A DNA stretch of 64,000 nucleotides from an uncultured cyanobacterium (GCA_963744145.1 CAVUSO010000001.1:5760001-5824000); one strand, 5' to 3'. Shown: positions 9,522 through 20,534, counted from the first letter of the stretch. The notes: a model not told the origin generated them from the letters alone. Numbers and translations are program-made.

Positions 9522-12500
9522 ATGAAAATTAGAACTAAGCTAGTAATTGGATTTTTAAGCATTGCTTCTTTAGTAGGAATTTTAGGATTAATCAATATTA
9601 ATACTGAAAAAAATATCAATAAACACTTCCAGGACATTTCTAATATTAAAGCTCCCAGAATGCTAACTTTAGAAAAATTGAAAGTGGCTTGTTTAAAAAT
9701 AGTAGCTATTTCTAACAATCAAATTATTTTAGAATCTGCATCTGGAAATAATTCAGCTTATTTTATAGCTCAAACCAAAAATTTAGAAATTGCCAAAAAT
9801 AATTTACAAGTAGAATTAGATAATTTTAAAGAATTAGTTGATTTGGCCAATGAGCAAGAGATTTTTAGTAAACTAGAAATAGCCAAAGCCGAACTTTACT
9901 TAACTAGCAAATCTCTAATTGAAGCTAATAAAAATAAAATTAATCGCCAAAATATAACTGCCAAAATAATTGATTTAGCCCAAGCTGAAGCCAAATTGAT
10001 TGAAATTATCGACAACGCGATCGCTGAAGAAATAACTGCCATAGAAGCAGATAATAAATTAGCTAATCAGCAAGCAAGTGAAGCGATATATATTAATATT
10101 GCTGGGGTGATTGGAGTAGTATTAATTGCCAACTTAATCGGGTTAATTTTAGCGGCAAATATTGCCCGACCAATTGCCAAAATCAAGCAAGTTGCTAGTC
10201 AATTAGGACAAGGAAAATTAGATGTAAAAGTAGATATAAAATCGACCGATGAAATTGGAGTTTTAGCAGAAGCATTTAATCAGATGGTTGATAATTTAAA
10301 AAGAACAACAGTCTCCAAATACTATGTTGATAATATTATTAGATCAATGATGGACGCTTTAATCGTCCTCTCTCCAGATGCTAAGATCAAGACATTTAAT
10401 TTTGCGGCATTATTACTATTAGAATATGAAGACGAGGAATTAGCAGATAAATCGATCGACATCATTTTTGCCGAGCAAGATTTTTTCAAGCAATTTGAGA
10501 ATCAGACCTTAATGATTAACAGCTTTATTGGGAGAAAAGAAACCACATTATTAACAAAGAATGGTAAGCAAATTCCGGTATCTTTTGCAGCTTCAATTAT
10601 GCGCGATAGCGATGGGAAAATTCAGGGAATAGTTTGTTTAGCCCAAGATATATCGAAACGCAAACAATCCGAAATAGTCTTACGCAGACAAGCACTAACT
10701 TTTGAAAATATTTCTGATGGTGTAGTTTTGACAGATATGGAAGGAAATATCATCGATTGTAACCTAGCCGCAGAAAAAATGTTTGGGTATGAACAAGCAG
10801 AATTATTAGACAAAAGTACAGCAATATTTTATCGTCCCCAAGAAGCAAATGTATTGACATTATTAACTCTAGATGGATTAAGACGTACAGGAAAATGGTC
10901 TGGAGAAAACAAATTTATTCGTAAAGATGGTAGTATTGGAATTAGTGAAACAACAGTATTACCGATGCGAGATGAACGAAGCATTATGGTAACAGCGATT
11001 TGGGTACACCGCGATATTACAGAACGTAAACAAGCAGAAGAAGCGTTGAGATCCTCAGAAGCAAAATGGCGTTCATTAGTAGAAAATGCACCTGATATTA
11101 TTTTAACCCTTGATGAAACTGGGAAAATTTTATTTATCAATCGGAATGCTCCGGGATTAGCGATCGAAACAGCAATTGATAGCAGTATTTATAACTATAT
11201 ACCACCGGAAGCTTGTGGGGAATTACAAGAAGTAATCGAAAAAGTATTTAGCACAGGATTAGCTCAGAAATGTGAAATGGGAGGAATTGGTAGTCATGGG
11301 ATTAATGAATGGTATTCAGTGCGGATTGGACCGATTTTTAATAAGGGAAAAGTAGTTGCAGCTACATTAATTGGGACAGATATTAGCGATCGCAAACAAA
11401 TCGAAGAAGCATTAAGAACATCAGAGGAGAAATTAGAAAGTATTTTAGAATCACTCAATGATGTAGTTTGGTCAATTGCGGTGGAACCGTGGGAGATCCT
11501 ATACTTAAATCCAGCAACAGAAATAGTTTATGGTCGTGCAGTATCAGAATTTTTAGAAAATCCCAATCTTTGGTTTGAAGTAGTACATCCAGAAGAACGG
11601 GGGAGAATCAGATATTTTTGGGAACAAAGATTAACAACAGGTGCCAATGAATTAGAATATAAAATAATTCGACCAGATGGAGAAGTTCGCTGGATTCATG
11701 AACGAGGACAAGTAACCCGTGATCAAGATGGTACTGCGATCCGTTTAGAGGGAATTTCCACAGATATTACGGAACGGAAACGAGCAGAGGAAGCATTAAA
11801 ACAAGCAAATGAACAACTAGAAATTAGAGTGCAAGAAAGAACTAGAGAAGTAATGTTTGCATTTGGGCAATTACAGCAAGAAATATCAGAGCGTCGCTTA
11901 GTAGCAGAAGCATTGCGACAAAGTGAAGAACGACTAAATGGGATTCTCAATTCCCTCAATGATGTGGTTTGGTCAGCAGCTGCAAATACATTTAAAATTC
12001 TCTATATTAGTCCAGCAGCTGAAGCAATTTATGGTCGGACAGTATCGGAATTTTTTGAGCATGATCAACTGTGGATTGAGGTGATTCATCCTGAAGATAT
12101 TACCGTAGTTAAACAGATGACTGAAGACTATTTAGAAACAAATACAGTTGATATAGAATATCGAATTTTTCAGCCTAATGGTACTTTACGTTGGCTGCGT
12201 AATCGGTGGAGATTAGTTTATGATTCTGAAGGAGTAGCAATCAGGATTGATGGAATTGCCACGGATATTACTAATCGGAAAGAAGCAGAAGAAATTTTAC
12301 GAAAATCAGAAGCTCAAGCTACAGACGCAGCCAGAATTGCTCAAGAGCAAACTCAACAACTGGAATTGACTTTGAAAGAGTTGCAAAAAACACAAGCGCA
12401 GTTAATTCAGACTGAAAAAATGTCCAGTTTAGGACAATTAGTTGCTGGAGTTGCTCATGAAATTAATAATCCAATTAGCTTTATTTATGGTAATCTGACT

Positions 12501-13256
12501 CCCGCGAAAGAATATATTGGAGAACTGCGGAATTTATTGCAACTTTATCAACAGCATTATCCTCATCCAAGTAGTGAAATCCAAACCAAAATCGAAGAAA
12601 TGGAGTTAAACTTTTTATTTGCAGACTTAGAAAAACTGTTATTATCAATGCAAGTCGGAGCAGAAAGAATTCGGAATATTGTGTTAAGTTTGCGAAACTT
12701 TTCTCGTCTGGATGAATCCCAGATGAAAACAGTTGATATTCATGAAGGAATTGAGAATACACTGCTAATTTTGCAGCATCGTTTAAAGAGTAAACCAGGT
12801 ACTGCTGGGATTGAGGTGATTAAGGAATATGGTAATTTACCAAAAGTACAATGTTATGCTGGTCAATTGAACCAAGTATTTATGAATCTTTTATCAAATG
12901 CTACTGATGCACTTTTAACAGAAAATCATCAATTGGTAGTTGTAAATGGCAAAAATACTCAAGGTACAGGAGTCAATTCCACCTTACCAACTCCGACCAT
13001 TAAAATTCAGACTGAAGTTAGCAATAATCATAAGGTCGTGATTCGGATTAGTGATAATGGTCCAGGGATGACAGAACAAGTTCGGAAACGCATATTTGAT
13101 CCATTTTTTACAACTAAACCTGTCGGTCAGGGGACTGGATTAGGATTATCAATTAGTTATCAAATTATTGTTGATAAACACGGTGGAGAATTACATTGTA
13201 CTTCCACACCAGGAGCAGGAGCAGAATTTGCGATCGAATTGCCGATTACACAGTAA
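9522..13256 (+). CDS. Membrane sensor histidine kinase (HAMP + 5 PAS/PAC + HisKA + HATPase)
   Basis: DEIGVLAEAFNQM, repeated DI(T/S)ERK, VAHEINNP, DNGPGM, PFFTTKPVGQGTGLGLS. Confidence 0.95.
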   Translation: MKIRTKLVIGFLSIASLVGILGLININTEKNINKHFQDISNIKAPRMLTLEKLKVACLKIVAISNNQIILESASGNNSAYFIAQTKNLEIAKNNLQVELDNFKELVDLANEQEIFSKLEIAKAELYLTSKSLIEANKNKINRQNITAKIIDLAQAEAKLIEIIDNAIAEEITAIEADNKLANQQASEAIYINIAGVIGVVLIANLIGLILAANIARPIAKIKQVASQLGQGKLDVKVDIKSTDEIGVLAEAFNQMVDNLKRTTVSKYYVDNIIRSMMDALIVLSPDAKIKTFNFAALLLLEYEDEELADKSIDIIFAEQDFFKQFENQTLMINSFIGRKETTLLTKNGKQIPVSFAASIMRDSDGKIQGIVCLAQDISKRKQSEIVLRRQALTFENISDGVVLTDMEGNIIDCNLAAEKMFGYEQAELLDKSTAIFYRPQEANVLTLLTLDGLRRTGKWSGENKFIRKDGSIGISETTVLPMRDERSIMVTAIWVHRDITERKQAEEALRSSEAKWRSLVENAPDIILTLDETGKILFINRNAPGLAIETAIDSSIYNYIPPEACGELQEVIEKVFSTGLAQKCEMGGIGSHGINEWYSVRIGPIFNKGKVVAATLIGTDISDRKQIEEALRTSEEKLESILESLNDVVWSIAVEPWEILYLNPATEIVYGRAVSEFLENPNLWFEVVHPEERGRIRYFWEQRLTTGANELEYKIIRPDGEVRWIHERGQVTRDQDGTAIRLEGISTDITERKRAEEALKQANEQLEIRVQERTREVMFAFGQLQQEISERRLVAEALRQSEERLNGILNSLNDVVWSAAANTFKILYISPAAEAIYGRTVSEFFEHDQLWIEVIHPEDITVVKQMTEDYLETNTVDIEYRIFQPNGTLRWLRNRWRLVYDSEGVAIRIDGIATDITNRKEAEEILRKSEAQATDAARIAQEQTQQLELTLKELQKTQAQLIQTEKMSSLGQLVAGVAHEINNPISFIYGNLTPAKEYIGELRNLLQLYQQHYPHPSSEIQTKIEEMELNFLFADLEKLLLSMQVGAERIRNIVLSLRNFSRLDESQMKTVDIHEGIENTLLILQHRLKSKPGTAGIEVIKEYGNLPKVQCYAGQLNQVFMNLLSNATDALLTENHQLVVVNGKNTQGTGVNSTLPTPTIKIQTEVSNNHKVVIRISDNGPGMTEQVRKRIFDPFFTTKPVGQGTGLGLSISYQIIVDKHGGELHCTSTPGAGAEFAIELPITQ

Positions 13257-13295
13257 TCTAGAGTAATAAAATGTTGTTTAATTCCTCTTACTCTG

Positions 13296-13874
13296 TTGAA
13301 TCACACTATTCAGCTTTTTCAGGTTCAAAACCAGCAGTTAGTAGATGCTATCCTAACTGAAGTAACGGATAAACATCTTGAGGATGCCAATAGTCTTTGG
13401 GAGCCTATTCTAGATGGCAGTGGCCAAGATGACGAGTATTGGAACTGGGTTCGCAAGAGCCGTATGGCTAAGTTACTTCCTGGTGATGAGTTGTATGCTA
13501 TTGAATGTAATGGCATGACCCAAGGATTGATGATGCTTGATGTTTTGAAAAAACGCTGTCAGATAGAATCTCAATTACGACATCGATTAGTATATATTAG
13601 TGCCTTGGCAACTGCCCCTTGGAACCGATCTTTGATCACAAACCCTCCAATCTACAAAGGAGTTGGGGGAAATCTGGTAGATTTTGCGATCGCCAGGAGC
13701 CACGAACTGGGTTATCATGGTAGGATCGGGCTACACGCTCTGCCAGGTGCGCTAGGATTTTATAGAAAGCTTAAAATTGGATTGCTTGATAGCGGTCCTG
13801 ATCCTGAAGAACCTGATCACCTAGTTTATTTTGAAACTCTACGGATGGCAACCCATGACCCAATCGATTCCTAG
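13296..13874 (+). CDS. GNAT-family N-acetyltransferase
   Basis: LVYISALATAPWNR...YKGVGGNL...GRIGLHALPGALGFY. Confidence 0.8.
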   Translation: MNHTIQLFQVQNQQLVDAILTEVTDKHLEDANSLWEPILDGSGQDDEYWNWVRKSRMAKLLPGDELYAIECNGMTQGLMMLDVLKKRCQIESQLRHRLVYISALATAPWNRSLITNPPIYKGVGGNLVDFAIARSHELGYHGRIGLHALPGALGFYRKLKIGLLDSGPDPEEPDHLVYFETLRMATHDPIDS

Positions 13875-14523
13875 TAAGTCGAAATCTACATCTGATGAAG
13901 TTGCTCACTATCAACGTTTGATGGAGTTAGTTGAAGCAGAAGATGCTAGTCAAGGAGAAGTTGGTTGTGGAGGAAATAGGGGAAAAAGGATTTTGGAATA
14001 TTTCAGTACCCGTGGAATCACTTTTGATGATGAAAAACTAACGAGTTTGTTGCGAGAGCATTTAGGGCATATTCTGAAAGAGCCGGATTTTGATTCAATC
14101 ACAAGTCAGCTTCAGCGTCAAATTGAATCTCTGATAGTCCCATCATTTAGTCATCCATTAAGTTCTTCGTCTCCGTCAGCTTTAGTAGAAGTAACAGAAC
14201 ATATTCCAACTGACAAACTTAAAGCTTTATTTCAGTTCCATAATGCCGAGTTTTGTTCTGAAAAGATTTTAGAACAACTGGTTGATTTTAGCCATCAGAT
14301 CATCCATAAAGCAGTGCTACATCCGCGACATACCTGGTCTAAGCCAATTTGGGTGTTCAGAGGTGAAACACAGATTTATATTGTTCAGGCAATAGGAATT
14401 GAGGACGCGATCGCTAAAGTTAAGCTTCAGCACCCCCAGGAAATAGGGAATTTGGAAGTGATCAGAGTCGGGGGTGTTTTAGCACCAGATCAGGCGATCG
14501 CTCTAGATAAGTCACTTTTATGA
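13855..14523 (+). CDS. Hypothetical protein overlapping the GNAT gene end
   Basis: Long ORF with ATG at 13855 overlapping the upstream gene by 20 nt. Confidence 0.6.
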   Translation: MTQSIPSKSKSTSDEVAHYQRLMELVEAEDASQGEVGCGGNRGKRILEYFSTRGITFDDEKLTSLLREHLGHILKEPDFDSITSQLQRQIESLIVPSFSHPLSSSSPSALVEVTEHIPTDKLKALFQFHNAEFCSEKILEQLVDFSHQIIHKAVLHPRHTWSKPIWVFRGETQIYIVQAIGIEDAIAKVKLQHPQEIGNLEVIRVGGVLAPDQAIALDKSLL

Positions 14524-14530
14524 TTCTATT

Positions 14531-16136
14531 TTAGAAAGCAAAAGTTGTTCTAATCGTCCCAATAACACCATCAGAATTAGCCGAATTTTGATTGGGAGAA
14601 GTGATCCAAATGATCCCTGGTGTAATAGAAATATGGTCAGTAACTTGGTATTTATAAAAAGCTTCTAGATGAAGCGACAAATTGTTAGGACGAGCTGATC
14701 CTGAGATAGGGCTCTGCTCCCACTACAATCCCACCAAGATTCCCTTTTTTGCCCAGATCCGGTAACCCTAGTCCTAAACCATAATACCAAATATCGGCAC
14801 TAGCATGAGTCTTAGGATTTTCAGCATCAGTGTAGCCAAAAAAGCCATTAACGGTAAAGCGAGGGCTAAAGCGATAAAATCCAGATGTTCCATAGGAATT
14901 CGTAGCAGCTCGACCTGAAAAAGGAGTGTTAGCAGGGGCATTTCCTATTTTTGTTCCCCCTGTCCCAAAATCAAAAATCGGTCCATTAGGTTGATAAGCA
15001 TTTATGTATGTAAAAGCGATCCCAAACTGATCATTAGGTGACCAAGCAAGTTGACCGAGCGCACTATATTCACCATTAAATAAACCGTTTCCTGAACTCG
15101 GATTACTAGCAACATCATCCCCTGCAAAATAACCCCCACTCAAGGTTAATTTTTTGGTTAATTTATAATTCAGTCCAATGCCCTCCCCACCACCAATGGT
15201 ATAAATTGGATTAAATTGTGCGAAAATACTCAGTGCTTTTTTACCTCCTGTACCACCACCCAGAACAGGATTAAAAACCGGAGCGAAATCCCACCAACGA
15301 CCACTATAGGCAGGAATATAAACATAAAGCCGATCGTTAATAGGAAATTCGTAGGATAACCAATCTAGATTAATACTATTATTACCTGGTGGTAGATTAA
15401 ATGTTTGATTACCCTCCGCGTTAGAGGGATAGCCAGGAAATTGTAGTCTTTGACCGTTACCTGCTGCGAGTCGGATGGTTAAAATGTCTTTCCCTGTAAA
15501 ACTCGATTCTAGAACAAGACGTAATCGATCTTGAAAAACAGGAATACTTCCCTTTGTGGAACCTTGATATGCACCTGTGAAAGCAAAGATTGCTTCTCCT
15601 GTTAGTTTTGTTGTGCTTGAGAATTGATGAGCTTTTAGGTAAGCATTACGGCTTTCCAAATTGTCGATCCGTTTTCCTAGGGTGGCTAATTCAGTGGAAA
15701 ATTGCTTGGTTAATTGATTTAATTTGTCAATATCTTCTCGCCGTACCCCATTATTTTCTTGCAGTAACTTGGTTAGGGGCTCGATACAAGCATTTAAAAG
15801 ACCCGCAAATTCCCAACGAGTAAGAGCTCGATTACCTCGAAATGTTTGATCGGGATAACCAGTAACACACCTATAGCGTTCAACTAAACTCTTGAGAGCT
15901 TCATAAGCCCAATCCGTTGGTTGCACATCGCGTAATTGCGATACAGAGTTTATTTGGTCTAATGAATTCCCTGGAGTCAGATTGATGGGGTCTGATGATT
16001 GAGCAATAGAAGTTGACTTTGAGGGTGTTAACAATAGATTTGGAGAGTTCTCAGCTTGAGCGGGGGCGATCGCCAATAATGCTATGCCAAAGATAACTGT
16101 TCTAGTCAGTAATTGCCTATAAATTTGATTTTTCAC
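14531..16136 (-). CDS. SLH-domain OprB-type cyanobacterial porin, +1 frameshift near 14705
   Basis: SVSQLRDVQPTDWAYEAL, FRGNRALTRWEFA, QFSSTTKL; the C-terminus LHLEAFYKYQVTDHISITPG...GTIRTTFAF* continues in another frame to 14531. Confidence 0.9.
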
Positions 16137-16251
16137 AGTTAAATAGACTCCTCACACACCAAAGTATTGCTATACCTAAAGCACAAAACTTTGGCATAGT
16201 CATAACAAAACTTTTGACCAATCAGGTTGATTGATCAGTTACTCAAACTCA

Positions 16252-16446
16252 TAAATACTGTAATTCGATAGACATTGCGTAGTTTGAGCGGTAAGGTCTG
16301 AATTATGACACATCTTTTTAAGGAAAACAAGCTCTGTCAGAAATTTTTTTAGATTCATTTTGTGGGATTTATGGCATTGACTTTTGATATTTAACTACGC
16401 TATGATGCTGCAAAAGTACATAAACCTTATCGACATACAGTATTTT
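16252..16446. promoter_or_regulatory. Divergent promoter with two 35-bp operator-like sites (16252-16286 and 16412-16446)
   Basis: Sites share AAATACTGTA-NN-TCGATA-N4-TT-NN-GTA-N-TTT in opposite orientations; TTGACT-N18-TATGAT at 16377-16406. Confidence 0.6.
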
Positions 16447-16514
16447 GTTGCATAAGAAACTTTTTCGCAGCCAAAATGCCATCCTGATCAAACAGTTGCA
16501 AGGCTCTAAATGTT

Positions 16515-17363
16515 ATGGTGTCAAAGATAGGACAAGATCAAACGCGCCGATCACCTCATCCCAGAGGAAAACCTGGGAGAATCATTACTCGATTTTTCAG
16601 CTCAGAGAAGGGGATTTCTTTCGCTTCGGTGCTGGTGGTGCTTTTACTTTGGTACACCATTACCACCTTAAACTGGGTCAATCCTCTATTTTTGCCCTCT
16701 CCGATTGCCGTTTGGTCAGCGTTTATTGAAATCTTCAACAATGGCTATAAGGGTAATTCCTTGGGATACCATATCTTTCAAAGTATGTTGCGGTTAGTAA
16801 TAGCGTTAATTGTAGCGATCACCACCGCAATCCCGTTAGGAATGTTATGTGGTTTCTCAAAACCGATACGGGCAGCATTTGATCCCATCATTGAGTTCTA
16901 TCGACCCTTACCTCCCTTAGCTTATTACACGCTGTTAGTCCTTTGGTTGGGTATTGAAAATCCCTCAAAGATAGCGTTGTTATTTCTAGCAGCTTTTGCA
17001 CCCTTATTCCTAGCCGTAGTTTCTGGGGTGGAACGGATTTCTCTAGATCGCATTAATGGAGCGAAATCCTTAGGAGCATCAGGTTGGCAATTATTTATTT
17101 ATGTCATTTTTCCGTCCTGTTTACCCGAAATTTTTACAGGATTACGAACAGCGATCGGAGTTTCTTATTCAACCTTAGTCGCAGCCGAAATGGTAGCTGC
17201 TGTTTCCGGAATTGGCTGGATGGTTTTAGATGCTAGTAAGTTTCTCAGAAGTGATGTCATTTTCGTTGGCATTATCATCATGGGAGTCATTGCTATTTTA
17301 ATCGATACAGTCATCCGTTGGATTCAAAAAACGCAATTGCCTTGGATTGGTCGAGATACTTAA
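16515..17363 (+). CDS. tauC: Taurine/sulfonate ABC transporter permease
   Basis: FLPSP, DPIIEFYRPLPPLAY, AKSLGA, LVAAEM. Confidence 0.88.
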   Translation: MVSKIGQDQTRRSPHPRGKPGRIITRFFSSEKGISFASVLVVLLLWYTITTLNWVNPLFLPSPIAVWSAFIEIFNNGYKGNSLGYHIFQSMLRLVIALIVAITTAIPLGMLCGFSKPIRAAFDPIIEFYRPLPPLAYYTLLVLWLGIENPSKIALLFLAAFAPLFLAVVSGVERISLDRINGAKSLGASGWQLFIYVIFPSCLPEIFTGLRTAIGVSYSTLVAAEMVAAVSGIGWMVLDASKFLRSDVIFVGIIIMGVIAILIDTVIRWIQKTQLPWIGRDT

Positions 17364-17421
17364 AGAGCCTTTAATCAGTTTGGCATATTAAATCAAATTT
17401 AATTTCTGAAGAAAAAACATC

Positions 17422-18504
17422 ATGGGTCTAAAACGCAGAGAGGTTTTGTTAGGTTTAGCTAGTGCCAGTTTACCCATTATCCTGGCTAGTTGCGGTGGAG
17501 CAAAAAAGGAAGAAACACCTAATCCAACAAAAGGGAGCAATACATCTTCTCCTTCCTCTTCCTCTGTACCAGCTAATAATACTGGGCAAGTTCCTGATCA
17601 AATCCGCATTGGTTATCAAGTAATTCCGAATCCCGCATTATTAGCAAAAGCATTGGGGTTAGCAACTAAGGCTTTTCCTAATTCCAAAGTTGAGTATATT
17701 AGCTTCGATTCAGGAAGAGATGTAAATACTGCGATCGCCGCTAAAGGAATTGATTTTGGAGTTTTGGGTTCAGTTCCTGCTAGTGTCGGTATTGCTCAAG
17801 GTTTAAAATACCAAGTCTATTTCATTCAGGATGTGATCGGAGCCGCCGAAGCTCTTGTTGTTAAGAAAGACATTAAAAATCTAGCAGATTTGAAAGGTAA
17901 AAAAATCGCTACTCCCTTTGGTTCAACCGCCCATTTTTCCCTGGAATCTTTATTACAACAGGAAAATATTTCTGAGAAAGACTTACAAATTTTAGACTTG
18001 CAACCTCCTGATATTGTAGCAGCTTGGAGTAGGGGAGATATTGATGCTAGTTACCTGTGGCAACCCAATCTCGGTAAATTACAAAAAGCCGAGGGGACGG
18101 TTCTGATTACATCAGCCGATTTAGCTAAAAAAGGAGTTGTAACTGCTGATTTAGACGTGGTTAGTAAGGAATTTGCTGACAAATATCCCGATGTAGTGAA
18201 ACGCTATGTAGGGGTTTTAGATGAAGCAATTAAAACCTATCGCAGTGATTCTAAAACCGCGACCCAATCTCTAGCTAAAGAATTAAATATTACACCAGAA
18301 GAAACAGAATCATCGGTAAAAGAATTACTTTGGTTAGATTCAACGGAACAAAAAGATCCCAAATATTTAGGTGCTACTGATCAACCAGGTGATTTAGCTA
18401 AAATCTTAAAAAATCAAGCTGATTTTGCCGTTGCTCAGAAAAAAATTACCTCTGCACCTGATTTAGCTGTCTATCAACAGAGTCTTTATACTAAGGTTCT
18501 GTAA
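17422..18504 (+). CDS. tauA: Taurine/sulfonate ABC transporter substrate-binding lipoprotein
   Basis: KRREVL...LASC lipobox; IRIGYQ, FDSG, GKKIATPFGSTAHFSL, AAWSRGDIDA. Confidence 0.85.
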   Translation: MGLKRREVLLGLASASLPIILASCGGAKKEETPNPTKGSNTSSPSSSSVPANNTGQVPDQIRIGYQVIPNPALLAKALGLATKAFPNSKVEYISFDSGRDVNTAIAAKGIDFGVLGSVPASVGIAQGLKYQVYFIQDVIGAAEALVVKKDIKNLADLKGKKIATPFGSTAHFSLESLLQQENISEKDLQILDLQPPDIVAAWSRGDIDASYLWQPNLGKLQKAEGTVLITSADLAKKGVVTADLDVVSKEFADKYPDVVKRYVGVLDEAIKTYRSDSKTATQSLAKELNITPEETESSVKELLWLDSTEQKDPKYLGATDQPGDLAKILKNQADFAVAQKKITSAPDLAVYQQSLYTKVL

Positions 18505-19391
18505 TGTCTTTTTTATCCTCTGTTATTGTTTCAAAAATCCCTAATCCTATGACTGCTTTTTCCTCTACTCAAACCCTCGTTAGTCAAAAAACAGACCAAA
18601 ATCAAAACGCGATCGCTTCTCTTACTCAAATTGGAGTAACTTTTGGGAGGGGCAGTAATACCAATGAAGTTTTACATGATATTAATTTAGACCTAAACTT
18701 AGGAGATTTTGTCTGTGTTTTGGGATCATCGGGCTGTGGTAAAACCACACTTTTAAGAGTATTAGCGGGCTATCAACCTTTAACAAAGGGAAAAGTAACA
18801 GTAGCAGGTAAAGTCCATACTAAACCCAATCCTGATGTGGGAGTTGTCTTTCAACGTCCTAATTTGTTTCCTTGGTTAACGATCGCGGGTAACGTCGAGT
18901 TTGGTCCCAAAATGAAAGGAATCAATCCATGGGAACGTCGAGAGCGAGTTGCTAATACTTTAGAGATTGTGGATTTGAGCCACGCTGCCAATTATTTACC
19001 CTATCAACTATCAGGAGGAATGCAACAACGGGCTGCGATCGCCCGCACCTTAGCAGCAGAACCCCAAATCATTTTAATGGATGAACCCTTTGGGGCTTTA
19101 GATGCACTTACCCGTGAATCAATTCAAATCCATCTGAGAAACATTTGGAAACGTACCCAAAAAACGATCTTTTTTATTACCCATGATGTCGAAGAAGCCT
19201 TACTACTCGGTACTCGAATTATTGTCATGCACGCTCGTCCAGGACGGATTGTCAAAGAATTTATCAATCCCTTTGCTCACCGACCAGCAGAAGAAACTGC
19301 TACCAATTTAAGAATTTCTAAGGAATTTGTGGAAGCAAGAGAATTTCTGGTTAATAGCATTCGGAGCGATAAAACTGGAACAGAAAGCTGA
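18504..19391 (+). CDS. tauB: Taurine/sulfonate ABC transporter ATP-binding protein
   Basis: GSSGCGKTT, LSGGMQQR, LMDEPFGALDALTRE, ITHDVEEA. Confidence 0.88.
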   Translation: MSFLSSVIVSKIPNPMTAFSSTQTLVSQKTDQNQNAIASLTQIGVTFGRGSNTNEVLHDINLDLNLGDFVCVLGSSGCGKTTLLRVLAGYQPLTKGKVTVAGKVHTKPNPDVGVVFQRPNLFPWLTIAGNVEFGPKMKGINPWERRERVANTLEIVDLSHAANYLPYQLSGGMQQRAAIARTLAAEPQIILMDEPFGALDALTRESIQIHLRNIWKRTQKTIFFITHDVEEALLLGTRIIVMHARPGRIVKEFINPFAHRPAEETATNLRISKEFVEAREFLVNSIRSDKTGTES

Positions 19392-19415
19392 TCTTGAATG
19401 GGATCAGAGGTTATC

Positions 19416-19571
19416 TAATACGGTTCGGTTAAGTGTAGGGGCGTTCGCGTAGCGTGCCGGAGGCATAGCATTCGGGCGACAATTGAACGCTCAAATGAGT
19501 AATATTAGACCCGAATGCTTCGCCCAACTTCCGTCGATATCTCCCAAAATATCCTTAAACGAACCGTATTG
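19416..19571. mobile_element. Nezha-like MITE containing a REP doublet and an SDR insertion
   Basis: TIRs AATACGGTTCGGTTAAG / CTTAAACGAACCGTATTG; 10-bp direct repeat AGAGGTTATC at 19406-19415 and 19572-19581. Confidence 0.8.
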
Positions 19572-19604
19572 AGAGGTTATCTAATTTTAGCGGAGAGTAC
19601 ATCT

Positions 19605-20534
19605 ATGAGTTCTGAAAATCTTGAGATCAAACCCCTCGCAGGTCGGATTGGAGCTGAAATTGTTGGAGTTGATTTGAGTAGTCAACTAAGTGATAGTATA
19701 ATTAGCGAAATTCGGAAAGCTCTAATTAAATACAAAGTCATTTTTTTCCGTAACCAAACCATAGATGAAAAGGGTCAGGTTGCTTTTGCTGGTCGGTTTG
19801 GTCAGCTCACAATTGCTCATCCAACAGTACCAGCATATTTTCCGGAGCATCCCGAAGTTTTTGATTTAGACTACGGACGATATAAAGCCTACACTGATCA
19901 TTGGCATACCGATGTAACTTTTGTCGATCGCCCTCCTTTGGGTTCAGTTTTACGAGCTGTGGTTATTCCTCCCTACGGTGGAGACACAGTTTGGGCTAAT
20001 ACAGCAACAGCTTATCAAGATTTACCGCCGTACCTAAAAGCTCTAGCAGATCAACTGTGGGTTGTACATACCAACGACTCCGACTATGCAGCATCTACAG
20101 TTGATGTATCTGACGCTGCTAGAGCTTACGCAAAGATTTTTCAATCTACTATCTATGAAACCATTCATCCAGCGGTTCATGTGCATCCCGAATCAGGGGA
20201 ACGAGCACTATTATTGGGTAGGTTTGCGCGTCGAATTAAGGGACTTTCTTCTACTGATTCCTTTGCAACCTTGCAACTTTTGCAGTCCTATGTGACTCGT
20301 TTAGAAAATACGGTACGCTGGCGGTGGCACATTGGAGATGTAGCATTTTGGGATAATCGCGCTACCCAACATTATGCGATCGCTGATTACGGTGATCAAC
20401 CCCGTCGAGTCCAACGAGTTACGATCGCAGGAGATATTCCCGTTAGCATTAATGGTGAACGCGGGGAAATTGTCAAAGGAAATTCTTCTGATTATATTCC
20501 TGATCGTAATGTTACTGCCGAAGTAGCTGTTTAA
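19605..20534 (+). CDS. tauD: TauD/TfdA alpha-ketoglutarate-dependent dioxygenase
   Basis: WHTDVTF, GGDTVW, HPAVHVHPESGERAL, WDNRATQHYA; ATG 19605 after GGAGAG. Confidence 0.92.
   Translation: MSSENLEIKPLAGRIGAEIVGVDLSSQLSDSIISEIRKALIKYKVIFFRNQTIDEKGQVAFAGRFGQLTIAHPTVPAYFPEHPEVFDLDYGRYKAYTDHWHTDVTFVDRPPLGSVLRAVVIPPYGGDTVWANTATAYQDLPPYLKALADQLWVVHTNDSDYAASTVDVSDAARAYAKIFQSTIYETIHPAVHVHPESGERALLLGRFARRIKGLSSTDSFATLQLLQSYVTRLENTVRWRWHIGDVAFWDNRATQHYAIADYGDQPRRVQRVTIAGDIPVSINGERGEIVKGNSSDYIPDRNVTAEVAV

Noticed and set aside
19515..19604. N-terminal extension of TauD
   Set aside because: The start lies within a MITE; ATG 19605 has a GGAGAG RBS
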